Part shown: positions 1 through 9,301 of the stretch, piece after piece | Position numbering within the stretch: position 1 is the first letter of the stretch | Layout: every line of letters starts with the position of its first letter | NCBI GenBank assembly: GCA_030625885.1 | Contig: DAOUPZ010000010.1 | Coordinates: 29,812-93,811 of the forward strand | DNA length: 64,000 bases | Direction of reading: 5' to 3' | DNA from: Clostridia bacterium | GTDB lineage: Bacteria > Bacillota > DAOUPZ01 | Program-made: the position numbers and the translations under genes | Notes under the pieces: generated by a model | What the model saw: the letters and a program-made list of their open reading frames with translations, nothing else | What the model was told of the DNA's origin: nothing | Database searches by the model: none

Positions 1-2
1 AA

Positions 3-146
3 GAACCTTCAAATGAAGAATTTTCTCAAAATGTAAAAGCTTTTATTGCTACATTGGAAAGTATAAGTGCAATAGAAAAGCTTTCTGATAACAGCTATAT
101 TGTGTATGATAGCGGAAGTATAGGAGGTGTGTCATGGTTAATATAA
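3..146 (+). CDS. 3' end of upstream gene (runs off window), possibly DptG/DndG-like
   Basis: Open frame from position 3 reads EPSNEEFSQNVKAFIATLESISAIEKLSDNSYIVYDSGSIGGVSWLI*. The stop at 144-146 overlaps the next ATG at 134. The 'L..I..IEKLSD...V' tail resembles DptG C-termini (recalled, not searched). Confidence 0.55.
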   Translation, partial: EPSNEEFSQNVKAFIATLESISAIEKLSDNSYIVYDSGSIGGVSWLI

Positions 147-3100
147 CAACTATAGATGAAAAGATATATAATATTTTATTGAAATATATAAAGGGAAGGT
201 ATCTAGGAGATACTCTTTTTTGTTGTATATCAGGCTGCAATAATAGGGTGATAAAGTATATAAAAGACAATTTATCAATACTTCAAAGTATAGAGAAAGA
301 ATATCATATCATGCCTATTTTTGAAGAAAAAACCAATTTTTCGTTTAATGAAATTGTGAGAATAAGAAATGATAAGGATATTAAGAAAATAATTATTTTT
401 ACAAATGGAAGTATAAGTAATATAGATTCACTTAAGGATTTTGCCCAAGTTGACATTAAAAAAATTCCATTTATGGATTTATGGGGTATTATTCAAGAAG
501 AGTGTGAAATTTATTGGAATGAAAATGATAAGTATAATGCGATTGAAAAATTTTTAAAGGATTTAACAGATATAATACAGCCTGAAATATATAATTTAAT
601 AGAGTATTTAGAGAAAGTAAATAAAGATAGTGTAATATATGATGATTTAATTTTAGCATTGAATACAGATTTGTATATGTTTAATATCTGGGCATCTTCA
701 TGTAATACGGTGTTACGAAAAAGCAAATTACAGACTATATATCATAATTCTGATCCTATTCAAATTCATAAGAAGATAACATCACCAAAAGATATCGAAA
801 AAATACAAAAGAGCAAAGATATTGACAAAGCCATACGAGGAAGATTCGGCAATATACGAAAGCAAAAAACAATACTAAGAGAGATGTTTTATGAGCGAAA
901 ATATAGCCAAGCATACAGAGAAATTTATTATGAAATTATTGAAAATATTCTTAAAGGAAGTGGAAAAAAGAAGAAAAGGAAAACTCATGAAGAAGAGGAT
1001 TCTTATAGTTACACTAATATATATAGTCTAGCATTAGGTGCATTAGCAGATTTAGACAATGATGTCACAGTAAGTGTTGATGAAATTAAAAGAGTTACAA
1101 GTTTTAATGATATAGATTTTGAGAATGATGCTGAAGAAGATTATCATTATAAGGTTGATATACCGTATTACTCAAATGAACAAAGTAATAATGAAGATAT
1201 ATTCGTAAATTTGGAAGATGCTAAAGTGAAGTGGAGTCAGTTTCAAAATAACTTTGCAGATAAAGATTATAGAGAAGATATTGTAGAATTATGTGATAAT
1301 TTAAATATACATAATAAAGATAAAATAATTTTAAAAAATAAGTTGGAAAGGTATCTTAATGCTAGAGATTATTTTATAAAACAAAACAATAATCCAATTA
1401 ACCTCAATGGTCTATTAAATAATTCCATAAAGTATGTAACATCTTTTTTCGAACTAATAAAAGAATTATATAATTTTAGACAAGCTACAATAAAAAATAT
1501 TTCTATGAATGGTTTAATTAATAAACTTGTTAACATTGATATCAAAATAAAAAATAATGAAATATATGTACCATTCTATAGTCCATTATTAATATTTCAT
1601 TTGCATAATATGAGAAGTAGATATGAAAAATGTTTATCAATTATTAATAAAATGAATACATATAGAGTTGAGATATTAGAACAAATAAATACTAAAATTT
1701 TAAATGAATATATAGTTTATGATAATAAAACCTATTTATTATCTCAAGATAATAGTAAATTTCCTTATTACATTAAATATATATGTGAAGAATATGTAGA
1801 TAGTATTATTACAATTAATTTTAATGTTATTTCACCATATATAATTAAATATATTAAGAAATATCCTTATAAAAATATAATTAAATTATGTCTAATAGGT
1901 GAAGTAGATTTAAAATCATTAAAAAATACCCTGTTAAAAATATTAGAAAAGATAGATTATTCAAACTTAACACGTTTTAGGCTTAAAATTATTACAAAAT
2001 CACCCAATGATGTTAGAGAAGTTCTTATTTCATTGTTTGAACAAAAAGAAAGCTTAAATAAAAAAATTGAATGTACTATAGAAAGGATGAAGTTAAATAT
2101 TAATCTAGAAAAATATGTGGAGAATTTAATTATTGAAAATGATATAACACTATTTTTGGATAGCAGTATAATGTATTTAAAAACACGTTTTAATAAAAAG
2201 AATGATAGTTATATTGAGAGGGTGGTTAGCTATAGAGATATATCTAGTGAAATTAATAGTATTTCTTATGTTTTAGAAGGTAAAAAAGACAGTATGCCTA
2301 TTATACCTAATGTTATAAATGTATTACAGAACTCTATTGAAAATGAAAACTTACAGAATGGAGAACTAGATAAATATAACTTAAATAATAATTTGATTTC
2401 TTGTATAAATAAGACTTTAAGTGATCTGAAGAATGAAGATAAAGAAGTTATACTTCTTTCAAGTGATAGCAAAATAGATGAACAAATTTTAGATAATCGA
2501 AATCTTAGTGAAATTGACGAGGCTGTCAATAAAAATGACAAAATAAAAGTGTTGACATTTTGTAAATGCACTAAAAATAAAGATGAATATACATTTAAAG
2601 AAAGCAATCATTACATTGAGTTTAATGCAAGTAATTTGTTAGATAGTTTTTTAATTGATAGTAAGCTGGGTTTTTCTTTTATGGACATAGATTTTGAAGA
2701 TATAATTATACGTATGTCATATGGAAATTTTCCACAAGCAATTGATATAGCCTATTATTTTATTAAAGAGTATGATGATGAAATCAGTAAAAAGATTGAA
2801 ATTGAAGTAGAATGTAAAAAAATGTTTGATACATTTATTAAAGTATCTATTAAACCTGAGTTATTTTTAGATAATTATAACAAAGAAAATTTTGTTAAAC
2901 TATTGTTAAGGAGTGCTAAAACAGAGGAAGATGTAGTTTTTATATATTCATTTGAAAATATTTATAATGATATTAAAATTAATTATATAGGAAATATAGA
3001 TTATAAAGATAAATCAAATATTACTAAAATATCTTCAATTAATAGAAATACAGTGTATAGAATATTAAAAATTTTAGGTGAAGAAGCTATTTCTGAACAA

Positions 3101-3262
3101 GCAATAAATAATTTTTCAGAAATGCTCAAAGTTAATAATTTTAGTATTAGCAATTTACCAATGTTACAAATATTAATTTCAAAATATAACCACAATTATA
3201 ATAACATGAAATATTTATATGAGAATATAGGTGCCGTGATTAAAAATATGGAGGTGAAATAA
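134..3262 (+). CDS. Large hypothetical protein (1042 aa), weak resemblance to the N-terminal non-ATPase part of DptH/DndH-like proteins
   Basis: Long ORF with GGAGGT RBS, very AT-rich. Motifs VRIRN..IIIF..IDSL, VPFYSPLL and YIKKYPY. No Walker A seen. Confidence 0.6.
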   Translation: MVNITTIDEKIYNILLKYIKGRYLGDTLFCCISGCNNRVIKYIKDNLSILQSIEKEYHIMPIFEEKTNFSFNEIVRIRNDKDIKKIIIFTNGSISNIDSLKDFAQVDIKKIPFMDLWGIIQEECEIYWNENDKYNAIEKFLKDLTDIIQPEIYNLIEYLEKVNKDSVIYDDLILALNTDLYMFNIWASSCNTVLRKSKLQTIYHNSDPIQIHKKITSPKDIEKIQKSKDIDKAIRGRFGNIRKQKTILREMFYERKYSQAYREIYYEIIENILKGSGKKKKRKTHEEEDSYSYTNIYSLALGALADLDNDVTVSVDEIKRVTSFNDIDFENDAEEDYHYKVDIPYYSNEQSNNEDIFVNLEDAKVKWSQFQNNFADKDYREDIVELCDNLNIHNKDKIILKNKLERYLNARDYFIKQNNNPINLNGLLNNSIKYVTSFFELIKELYNFRQATIKNISMNGLINKLVNIDIKIKNNEIYVPFYSPLLIFHLHNMRSRYEKCLSIINKMNTYRVEILEQINTKILNEYIVYDNKTYLLSQDNSKFPYYIKYICEEYVDSIITINFNVISPYIIKYIKKYPYKNIIKLCLIGEVDLKSLKNTLLKILEKIDYSNLTRFRLKIITKSPNDVREVLISLFEQKESLNKKIECTIERMKLNINLEKYVENLIIENDITLFLDSSIMYLKTRFNKKNDSYIERVVSYRDISSEINSISYVLEGKKDSMPIIPNVINVLQNSIENENLQNGELDKYNLNNNLISCINKTLSDLKNEDKEVILLSSDSKIDEQILDNRNLSEIDEAVNKNDKIKVLTFCKCTKNKDEYTFKESNHYIEFNASNLLDSFLIDSKLGFSFMDIDFEDIIIRMSYGNFPQAIDIAYYFIKEYDDEISKKIEIEVECKKMFDTFIKVSIKPELFLDNYNKENFVKLLLRSAKTEEDVVFIYSFENIYNDIKINYIGNIDYKDKSNITKISSINRNTVYRILKILGEEAISEQAINNFSEMLKVNNFSISNLPMLQILISKYNHNYNNMKYLYENIGAVIKNMEVK

Positions 3263-4285
3263 ATGAATAATGAAACTGAAAAGAAAAGTAATATAATTTG
3301 TATAAATTCTATTAAAGGTGGAGCTGGAAAGACAACTATTGCATTATCATTAGCATATTCTTTGCTTTCAGAGTTAGAAGTTAAATATGATAGTGATAGA
3401 TTGCAAGGAGAAGATGAGAATGTTACAGAAATACAAGAGCCAAAAGTTTGTTATATTGATTTAGATATATTGGGTACGGGGGCTAAACACATAATTTATG
3501 GAGAAAATTATATTGAAGATGATATAAAGTATTTAAATGATATGAAATCTACCGATAAAGATTTTAAACAATACATAAACTACTTAATAATAGAAGGTAA
3601 AAAATTTTGTGTTGATTGTATTATATTGAATGATGCTCCTGAAGAAAAAAATAAGTTTATTAATAATGCACGTTCACATACATCTACAGTTAATATAAAT
3701 ATGTTTCAAGGTAGGGCAAAAAAATTATTAGCTGAAATAGTTAAAGAAAATATTTATGACTATATTATTATTGACTGTGCTCCAGGTTACGAAGGATTTT
3801 CGCGAAATATATATGATTATTTAAAAAAAGAAATCAAGCTAAGGTATAATCATGTGAGAAATGTATATAATTTATTTATAACCACTTTGGATAAAGCGCA
3901 TGTAATGAATACAATTTCTTTTGTATATAATATTATAACTGCCACTGATAATAACCTAAATATTAAAATAGTTCTAAATGATACTTTGAATTACTTTGAT
4001 AATGAAGGCAAAAAAGAGGAGTTTATTAGTAATGTGATTGATAAATTCTCATTATTAAGTAAGAAAGAGATGGAGGAGTGTGGGGACAACCATAATCCTT
4101 CAATAATTAGTTTTAATATTGAATCTATAGTTGTAAAAAAATATAGTGATATAGCATTAAATATGTTTTTTGGAAATGGCAAACAATTACATGGTACTAG
4201 ACTTTGTGAGAACATAGATGATCGAGAGCTAGTTAAAACATTAAAAATATTATCATTTGGAGGTAATGATATTGTGGATTATTGA
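3263..4285 (+). CDS. ParA/MinD (SIMIBI) family ATPase
   Basis: Deviant Walker A SIKGGAGKTT, A' YIDLD, Walker B YIIIDCAPG. ATG directly follows the previous stop; GGAGGTG RBS. Confidence 0.85.
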   Translation: MNNETEKKSNIICINSIKGGAGKTTIALSLAYSLLSELEVKYDSDRLQGEDENVTEIQEPKVCYIDLDILGTGAKHIIYGENYIEDDIKYLNDMKSTDKDFKQYINYLIIEGKKFCVDCIILNDAPEEKNKFINNARSHTSTVNINMFQGRAKKLLAEIVKENIYDYIIIDCAPGYEGFSRNIYDYLKKEIKLRYNHVRNVYNLFITTLDKAHVMNTISFVYNIITATDNNLNIKIVLNDTLNYFDNEGKKEEFISNVIDKFSLLSKKEMEECGDNHNPSIISFNIESIVVKKYSDIALNMFFGNGKQLHGTRLCENIDDRELVKTLKILSFGGNDIVDY

Positions 4286-5963
4286 TGATAATAATATGCA
4301 AAATTTTTTTTCTGAGTGGTACGATAAATCAAATAAGATATTTAGTGATGAATTATCGAATGATATAGAACAAATGAACAAAAACATATTTTTATCACAA
4401 AATATAGATTTGAATTATGCAACTATGCAAAAAAACTTACACATGATTTTTGGTGAAAATACAAATGTAGAAAAACAGGTTTGTTTATTTGATGGTGTAT
4501 TAGAATTTTTACAGCATGTTGTTCAAGTAGATGGAGCTGATAGATTATTTAGTAAACATTTTTATGATATTGAATGGAATATGTTTTTAGAAGCAGATTT
4601 TGAAAAAAGTGAGATGAAAGTATATAGAGATCATTTTGTACATCAAATTAGAAATGCTTATTTAGGATATTACCTAATATGGGAAATAGGATTATATAAA
4701 AATATTGAATATGCAGTTCATAAATATGGTTCAACAGGATTCTCACAATATATAAATATATATAAATCAAAAGAATTAAATTCTGATGATAGAAAAATTT
4801 TTTATCAAAAAGTAATAATGAAAACTTGGTTTTTATCAGCTCTTTTTCATGATATAGGATATCCATTAGCATATCACCAAAGATATTCAGCAAGAATGGA
4901 CAAATATATGCCATATCTTAGAGTTTTGGATAACAGAAGACAGATGGATTTTATAGAACTATCGGCATTATTATCAGATACTTACTTGTTTAAAATGGTT
5001 GATTATGAAGAATTGAAATTAAAATATGAAAGATTTGATCATGGAATGTTGTCAGCAATATGCTTGCTCTTAAACTATTATCATACCGGTGCTATACACA
5101 GATTGTCAAATTCGGATAGATGTTCAATTGAACTAGCTGCTTATGCAATATTTGTTCATACAAGAAATTATTCTATACAAGGAAATTTAGAAAAAAATAT
5201 AAGACCTATTTTTGTTGAAGATCCTATTGCATATCTGCTACGATTATGTGATGATTTACAAGAATGGGCAAGAGTATATTTTATAGTAGGAGAAAATAGT
5301 AATGTTTTAATATGTGATAAATGTAAAAAAACAGTTGAGAAACAGGAAAATAGTGATATATATAGATGTAAATGTGGTAATACCTTCAAGAAAATTACTT
5401 CCATTAATTATAGAAAGATTAATCTAGTTGAAGTATGTAAAAAACTAACAATTGAAGATGATGGTAAAAAAATTATCTTTAAATTGGATTATGATTTGTT
5501 AAAATTAATGGAAGTTATAAAAATAGATGAACAATATGCAAAATATAGGGTAAAAGAACTTTCCAATTTAAAGAAATTATTAACAGATCAAGCGTTATTA
5601 CCAGAAATTGATATTAATTACTTTATAAGTAATAATCATATGGAAATAAAAGTTGAAATATTCTTGAGATATATAGAAAAATATTTTAAAGAAAAATATA
5701 TTAAAATAGCGTCTAAAGATTCAAATAGAATTAAACATGAATTTATGTTAGAAAATCAGAAAGAAATAGAAACATCTATTATTCGCAATTTACACTTGGA
5801 GTGTGATGATAATATAAAAGAATCTCTACGATGTGAGATGGAGAGTATTATTGAATATTTATGCAATAATAAACAAAGAGAACTAATATGCAAAAATCCT
5901 CCATGTGAAAATTATATGGAAAATATATATCTATATACATTAATAGACGGTGTTTGTCAATAA
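4266..5963 (+). CDS. HD-superfamily phosphohydrolase with a Zn-ribbon insert; C-terminus probably truncated by an IS end
   Basis: YRDHFVH, ALFHDIGYP, DHGMLSA and LCDDLQEWAR motifs, plus CDKC...CKCG. Overlaps the ParA stop. Start is ATG 4266 or TTG 4272 after GGAGGT. Confidence 0.8.
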   Translation: MILWIIDDNNMQNFFSEWYDKSNKIFSDELSNDIEQMNKNIFLSQNIDLNYATMQKNLHMIFGENTNVEKQVCLFDGVLEFLQHVVQVDGADRLFSKHFYDIEWNMFLEADFEKSEMKVYRDHFVHQIRNAYLGYYLIWEIGLYKNIEYAVHKYGSTGFSQYINIYKSKELNSDDRKIFYQKVIMKTWFLSALFHDIGYPLAYHQRYSARMDKYMPYLRVLDNRRQMDFIELSALLSDTYLFKMVDYEELKLKYERFDHGMLSAICLLLNYYHTGAIHRLSNSDRCSIELAAYAIFVHTRNYSIQGNLEKNIRPIFVEDPIAYLLRLCDDLQEWARVYFIVGENSNVLICDKCKKTVEKQENSDIYRCKCGNTFKKITSINYRKINLVEVCKKLTIEDDGKKIIFKLDYDLLKLMEVIKIDEQYAKYRVKELSNLKKLLTDQALLPEIDINYFISNNHMEIKVEIFLRYIEKYFKEKYIKIASKDSNRIKHEFMLENQKEIETSIIRNLHLECDDNIKESLRCEMESIIEYLCNNKQRELICKNPPCENYMENIYLYTLIDGVCQ

Positions 5964-6096
5964 AGTTGTCATAAAAACCTAGAATTTCAGATTAATATTT
6001 TTCGGTATTTGTTGATCAGGTTTTTCCTCAGTTTGTTTTTCAGGATTAAGCCATACTTGATCTTCAAGTGACCAGTCACGAATGCCTTTGACGCTC
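5948..6096 (-). mobile_element. IS remnant: transposase C-terminal fragment plus terminal repeat (IS3-like/rve family)
   Basis: Minus strand 6095-5979 reads SVKGIRDWSLEDQVWLNPEKQTEEKPDQQIPKNINLKF*, like the 'PERWS..TRNW.L...VWLNPE' tail of these transposases. It is followed by GACAACTTTATTGACAAACACCG (5970-5948), a typical end for that group (recalled). Confidence 0.6.
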
Positions 6097-6219
6097 TGTC
6101 AAAGGGACGGGGTTGTTGACAACACCCCTAATTTGGGATAACCTAGATTAGGGGTGTTTTTTATGCCGAGAAAAGCAAGAAACAAAATTGAGAGGCTAAC
6201 AGGTATCAACAGGGTGATT
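6097..6219 (+). mobile_element. RAYT/IS200-like (Y1) transposase 5' remnant with REP-like palindrome, copy 1
   Basis: TGTCAA-N13-TTGACA palindrome (6097-6121), 16-bp hairpin (6122-6157) with T-run, then ATG 6163 reading MPRKARNKIERLTGINRVI. This resembles Firmicute RAYT starts (MPRxARxKSxTGxYHxxxRGINRQ). Confidence 0.65.
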
Positions 6220-6230
6220 GTTTTAAAAGC

Positions 6231-6277
6231 AAAACAGCATCTTTTGTGGTATAATTATCCACAAAAGATGCTGTTTT
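6231..6277 (+). promoter_or_regulatory. 19-bp perfect inverted repeat with extended -10 (TGnTATAAT) in the loop; overlaps a DnaA-box match
   Basis: AAAACAGCATCTTTTGTGG-tataattat-CCACAAAAGATGCTGTTTT; TTATCCACA at 6255-6263. Confidence 0.55.
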
Positions 6278-6296
6278 TAGTATAGAGAGGAAGGAT

Positions 6297-6629
6297 ATGA
6301 TGGAAAAAATAAATTTAAGCGCTGCCAATGTGAAAAATGCTAAAAAAAATATCAAGAGGAACATTGATTTGCAAAAACCTTTTACTGTCGTGCTTCAAGG
6401 AAGAAAAGCGCAATCAATAATTAGAAAAATTAATACCTCTTCCCTTAAGGAGGATTTTGTAACCGCAAAAGGGGCATTATTAGATAGTGATTCTGATTTA
6501 AAATTTTATATCGTTGCAGCGATCGGGTTAATTACAATGGTAACTTCATTAGAAGGTTATAGACTATTTGTAAAAACAAATATAGATAATAGTGAGGAAG
6601 TAATAATCATATTTAAGAGAGAGAAATAA
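6297..6629 (+). CDS. Hypothetical protein (110 aa)
   Basis: ORF with AGAGGAAGG RBS and one hydrophobic stretch; no recognisable motif. Confidence 0.6.
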   Translation: MMEKINLSAANVKNAKKNIKRNIDLQKPFTVVLQGRKAQSIIRKINTSSLKEDFVTAKGALLDSDSDLKFYIVAAIGLITMVTSLEGYRLFVKTNIDNSEEVIIIFKREK

Positions 6630-6794
6630 ATTTTCCTCTTTCCTTCGCTTTTTCTGCAAACCTGTAATGTAAGTTTTTTATTGCGTTACGTATACTTAAA
6701 AAATAAAAGAGGAATACAATTTGTCAATCAGACAAATTAAGGGGTTAACGGGTATCAGCAATCTTGTTCCCCCTGCTAGATTGGAGGAAAACTT

Positions 6795-7079
6795 ATGCGG
6801 GATAATGTTTTAGATGAAATAAGAGAAATTGCTATGAAGTATAATATTCAAAAGGTTATACTGTTTGGCTCTCGTGCAAGGGGAGATTATTTACCTACTA
6901 GCGATTATGATTTTGCAATCATTGCAGAGGATTTATCTGTTTTGGATAAAGCTATTTTTTGTGCCGACGTTGAGGAAATTAACACACTCAAAAAAATTGA
7001 TATTGTATTTGTTGACTCAAATACTAGTAATGATTTGATGAAGAATATCAAGAGGGATGGTGTGATCATATATGAGTAA
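6795..7079 (+). CDS. Minimal nucleotidyltransferase (MNT), putative antitoxin
   Basis: LFGSRARGDYLPTSDYD (GSx10DxD) and KKIDIV; GGAGG RBS. Confidence 0.9.
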   Translation: MRDNVLDEIREIAMKYNIQKVILFGSRARGDYLPTSDYDFAIIAEDLSVLDKAIFCADVEEINTLKKIDIVFVDSNTSNDLMKNIKRDGVIIYE

Positions 7080-7464
7080 GTTAGAAACAAAATTAAATAA
7101 TTTTACTAATGCATTACAGAGATTAAAAGAAGCCGCAATAGAGCTTGAAAAAGATGATGCGAGTGATGTTGTGCGTGATGGTCTTATTCAAAGATTTGAG
7201 TTTACTTATGAACTTGCATGGAAGACCACAAAGCAATATTTGGAAGAGGTCGGTATTGTAGACAATAATTCTCCAAAAGCTGTTATAAAAGCAGCATATG
7301 CTCAGAATCTTATTTTTAATGAGCAAAACTGGTTACTTATGCTAAATGATAGAAATCTGACTTCTCATGTATATAAGGAAGAAATAGCAGAAGAAATAGC
7401 TGAGAGAATAACCGATTATTATATTAATGAATTTGAGAAATTGCTAAGCAAACTACAAGTATAA
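7072..7464 (+). CDS. HEPN-domain protein (HI0074-type nucleotidyltransferase substrate-binding), putative toxin
   Basis: DGLIQRFEFTYELAWK and RNLTSHVY (Rx4H.Y); overlaps the MNT stop. Confidence 0.9.
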   Translation: MSKLETKLNNFTNALQRLKEAAIELEKDDASDVVRDGLIQRFEFTYELAWKTTKQYLEEVGIVDNNSPKAVIKAAYAQNLIFNEQNWLLMLNDRNLTSHVYKEEIAEEIAERITDYYINEFEKLLSKLQV

Positions 7465-7502
7465 ATAAGTCTGTTACCAGACAAAAACGGAAGGAGACGA
7501 CT

Positions 7503-7955
7503 ATGAAGAAATTAATTGTTTATGTTTCAGTACATCATAACAATACTAAGAAAGTAGCGGAGCGGATGGCAGCTGTTTTAGGTGCGGATTGCCTAGCAGC
7601 TAAAGATGTTGATCATGCGTTGCTTTTGGAATATGATGTGATTGGTTTGGGTTCGGGTATCTTTTTTGGTAGACATCATAATCGTTTGATTCAACTGGTT
7701 AAGGAAGCTGCTGTTTTAAAGGGGAAAAAGGTTTTTGTTTTTTCCACGGCTGGTTTTGAAAAAATAGCGTTTCATAATCACTTAAAACGATTACTTGATA
7801 ATATAGGTGCAGAAATTATAGGTGAATTTATTTGCTCTGGTTGGGATACTTATGGTCCTTTTAAATTAGTAGGTGGTATCAAAAAGAATAGACCGAATAA
7901 TCATGATTTAGAGCGGGCTGTTCAGTTTGCGGAGGAACTTAAAAAGGGAATATAA
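7503..7955 (+). CDS. Flavodoxin family protein
   Basis: YVSVHHNNTKKVA, GLGSGIFFG, FSTAG and CSGWDTYGPFKLVGG. Confidence 0.85.
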   Translation: MKKLIVYVSVHHNNTKKVAERMAAVLGADCLAAKDVDHALLLEYDVIGLGSGIFFGRHHNRLIQLVKEAAVLKGKKVFVFSTAGFEKIAFHNHLKRLLDNIGAEIIGEFICSGWDTYGPFKLVGGIKKNRPNNHDLERAVQFAEELKKGI

Positions 7956-8022
7956 AGAAAGTATGGACTATATTTATGTATTGATAGTTTTTTATTTTAT
8001 TATATACTTTTTAGGGGTTGGG

Positions 8023-8069
8023 AAACAATTAGGCATATTGTATTCATACAATATGCCTAATTGTTTTTT
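8023..8069 (+). terminator. 21-bp perfect hairpin, likely terminator
   Basis: AAACAATTAGGCATATTGTAT-tc-ATACAATATGCCTAATTGTTT followed by T-run. Confidence 0.65.
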
Positions 8070-8089
8070 AATTATATTAAAAATAAACA

Positions 8090-8118
8090 TTGAACTGTTA
8101 TATGTAATGGTATATAAT
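8090..8118 (+). promoter_or_regulatory. Sigma-A promoter of the radical SAM gene
   Basis: TTGAAC-17 nt-TATAAT. Confidence 0.55.
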
Positions 8119-8238
8119 ATAATTAAATAAAACATAATATAATATATATGCGGTATAAGCAAAATGAATCGATACAATAAAAGTATATAACAAGACAATT
8201 TATAAAAAATTTTTTAAAATATATAAAGGAGGCTTGGA

Positions 8239-9186
8239 ATGATGAAAGTTTTTGGACCAGTTCCTTCAAGGCGGTTAGGGCAAAGTTTGGGTATTAATAA
8301 TATTCCACCAAAATTTTGTACTTATTCCTGTGCATATTGTCAACTGGGGCACACTAAAAAAGTGCAAATTGAACGTCGTGAATTTTATAAACCAGCGGAG
8401 CTTGTAGCGGAGGTAGAAGAAAAAATAAAAAAAGCGGCAAAAGTAGGTGAGAAAATCGATTACATGACTTTCGTTGCAGATGGTGAACCCACTTTAGATA
8501 TTAATTTAGGTGCGATTATAGACGGTTTAAAACCGCTTGGTATTAAAATAGCCGTGATTAATAATAGTTCACTTATCTGGCGTGAAGATGTCAGAAACGA
8601 CCTTTTGAAAGCAGATTGGGTTTCTCTGAAAGTAGATAGCCTGAGAGAAGAAATATGGCGTAAGATAGATCGTCCTCATCGTGCTTTAAAGCTGGATTCT
8701 ATATTAGAAGGGATTCTGGCGTTTGCGAAAGTTTATAAAGGACAACTGATGACAGAAACGATGCTTGTAAAAGGTATTAACGATGAAGAAGAATATATTA
8801 AGGAAATTGCTGACTTTTTAGCAAAACTCAACCCCAACACATCCTACTTATCTATTCCAATCAGACCACCAGCTGAAGCGTGTATACAAGCGGCAGATGA
8901 AACATTTATCAATCAAGCTTATCAGATCATCAGTGAAAAAGTTAGCAATGTAGAATATCTGATCGGCTACGAAGGTAATGCCTTTGCTTTTACGGGAAAT
9001 GTAAAAGAAGATATCCTCAGTATTACTGCGGTACATCCAATGCGCCAAGATGCGATTGACGACTTTTTAGTTAAGGCAAATGCGACTTGGAATGTTATAA
9101 ATGATTTACTTAAAGAAGAAAAAATTTTCGAAATTAAACACGACAAAAATACTTTTTATATGCGAAATATTGGTTTAAGACGTTAG
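8239..9186 (+). CDS. Radical SAM Fe-S oxidoreductase (COG0731/TYW1-like)
   Basis: FGPVPSRRLGQSLGIN, CTYSCAYC and DGEPTL. Confidence 0.9.
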   Translation: MMKVFGPVPSRRLGQSLGINNIPPKFCTYSCAYCQLGHTKKVQIERREFYKPAELVAEVEEKIKKAAKVGEKIDYMTFVADGEPTLDINLGAIIDGLKPLGIKIAVINNSSLIWREDVRNDLLKADWVSLKVDSLREEIWRKIDRPHRALKLDSILEGILAFAKVYKGQLMTETMLVKGINDEEEYIKEIADFLAKLNPNTSYLSIPIRPPAEACIQAADETFINQAYQIISEKVSNVEYLIGYEGNAFAFTGNVKEDILSITAVHPMRQDAIDDFLVKANATWNVINDLLKEEKIFEIKHDKNTFYMRNIGLRR

Positions 9187-9198
9187 ATGCGAACGGGA

Positions 9199-9301
9199 TG
9201 TCAAGGGGGCAGGGTTATTGACAGTATCTCTAATCTAGGATAATCTAGATTAGAGATACTTTTTTATGCCAAGAAAAGCAAGAAGAAAGAGAGGCACAGG
9301 T
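9199..9301 (+). mobile_element. RAYT/IS200-like 5' remnant, copy 2
   Basis: TGTCAA-N13-TTGACA (9199-9223), 16-bp hairpin (9223-9260) with T-run, then ATG 9266 reading MPRKARRKRGTG; homologous to 6097-6190. Confidence 0.65.

Noticed and set aside
3263..4285. ParA as a plasmid or chromosome partition gene
   Set aside because: No parB, parS-like repeats or rep gene nearby; it is translationally coupled to the large protein and the HD gene.
6255..6263. DnaA box as an origin
   Set aside because: A single box within a hairpin, with no box cluster and no dnaA context.
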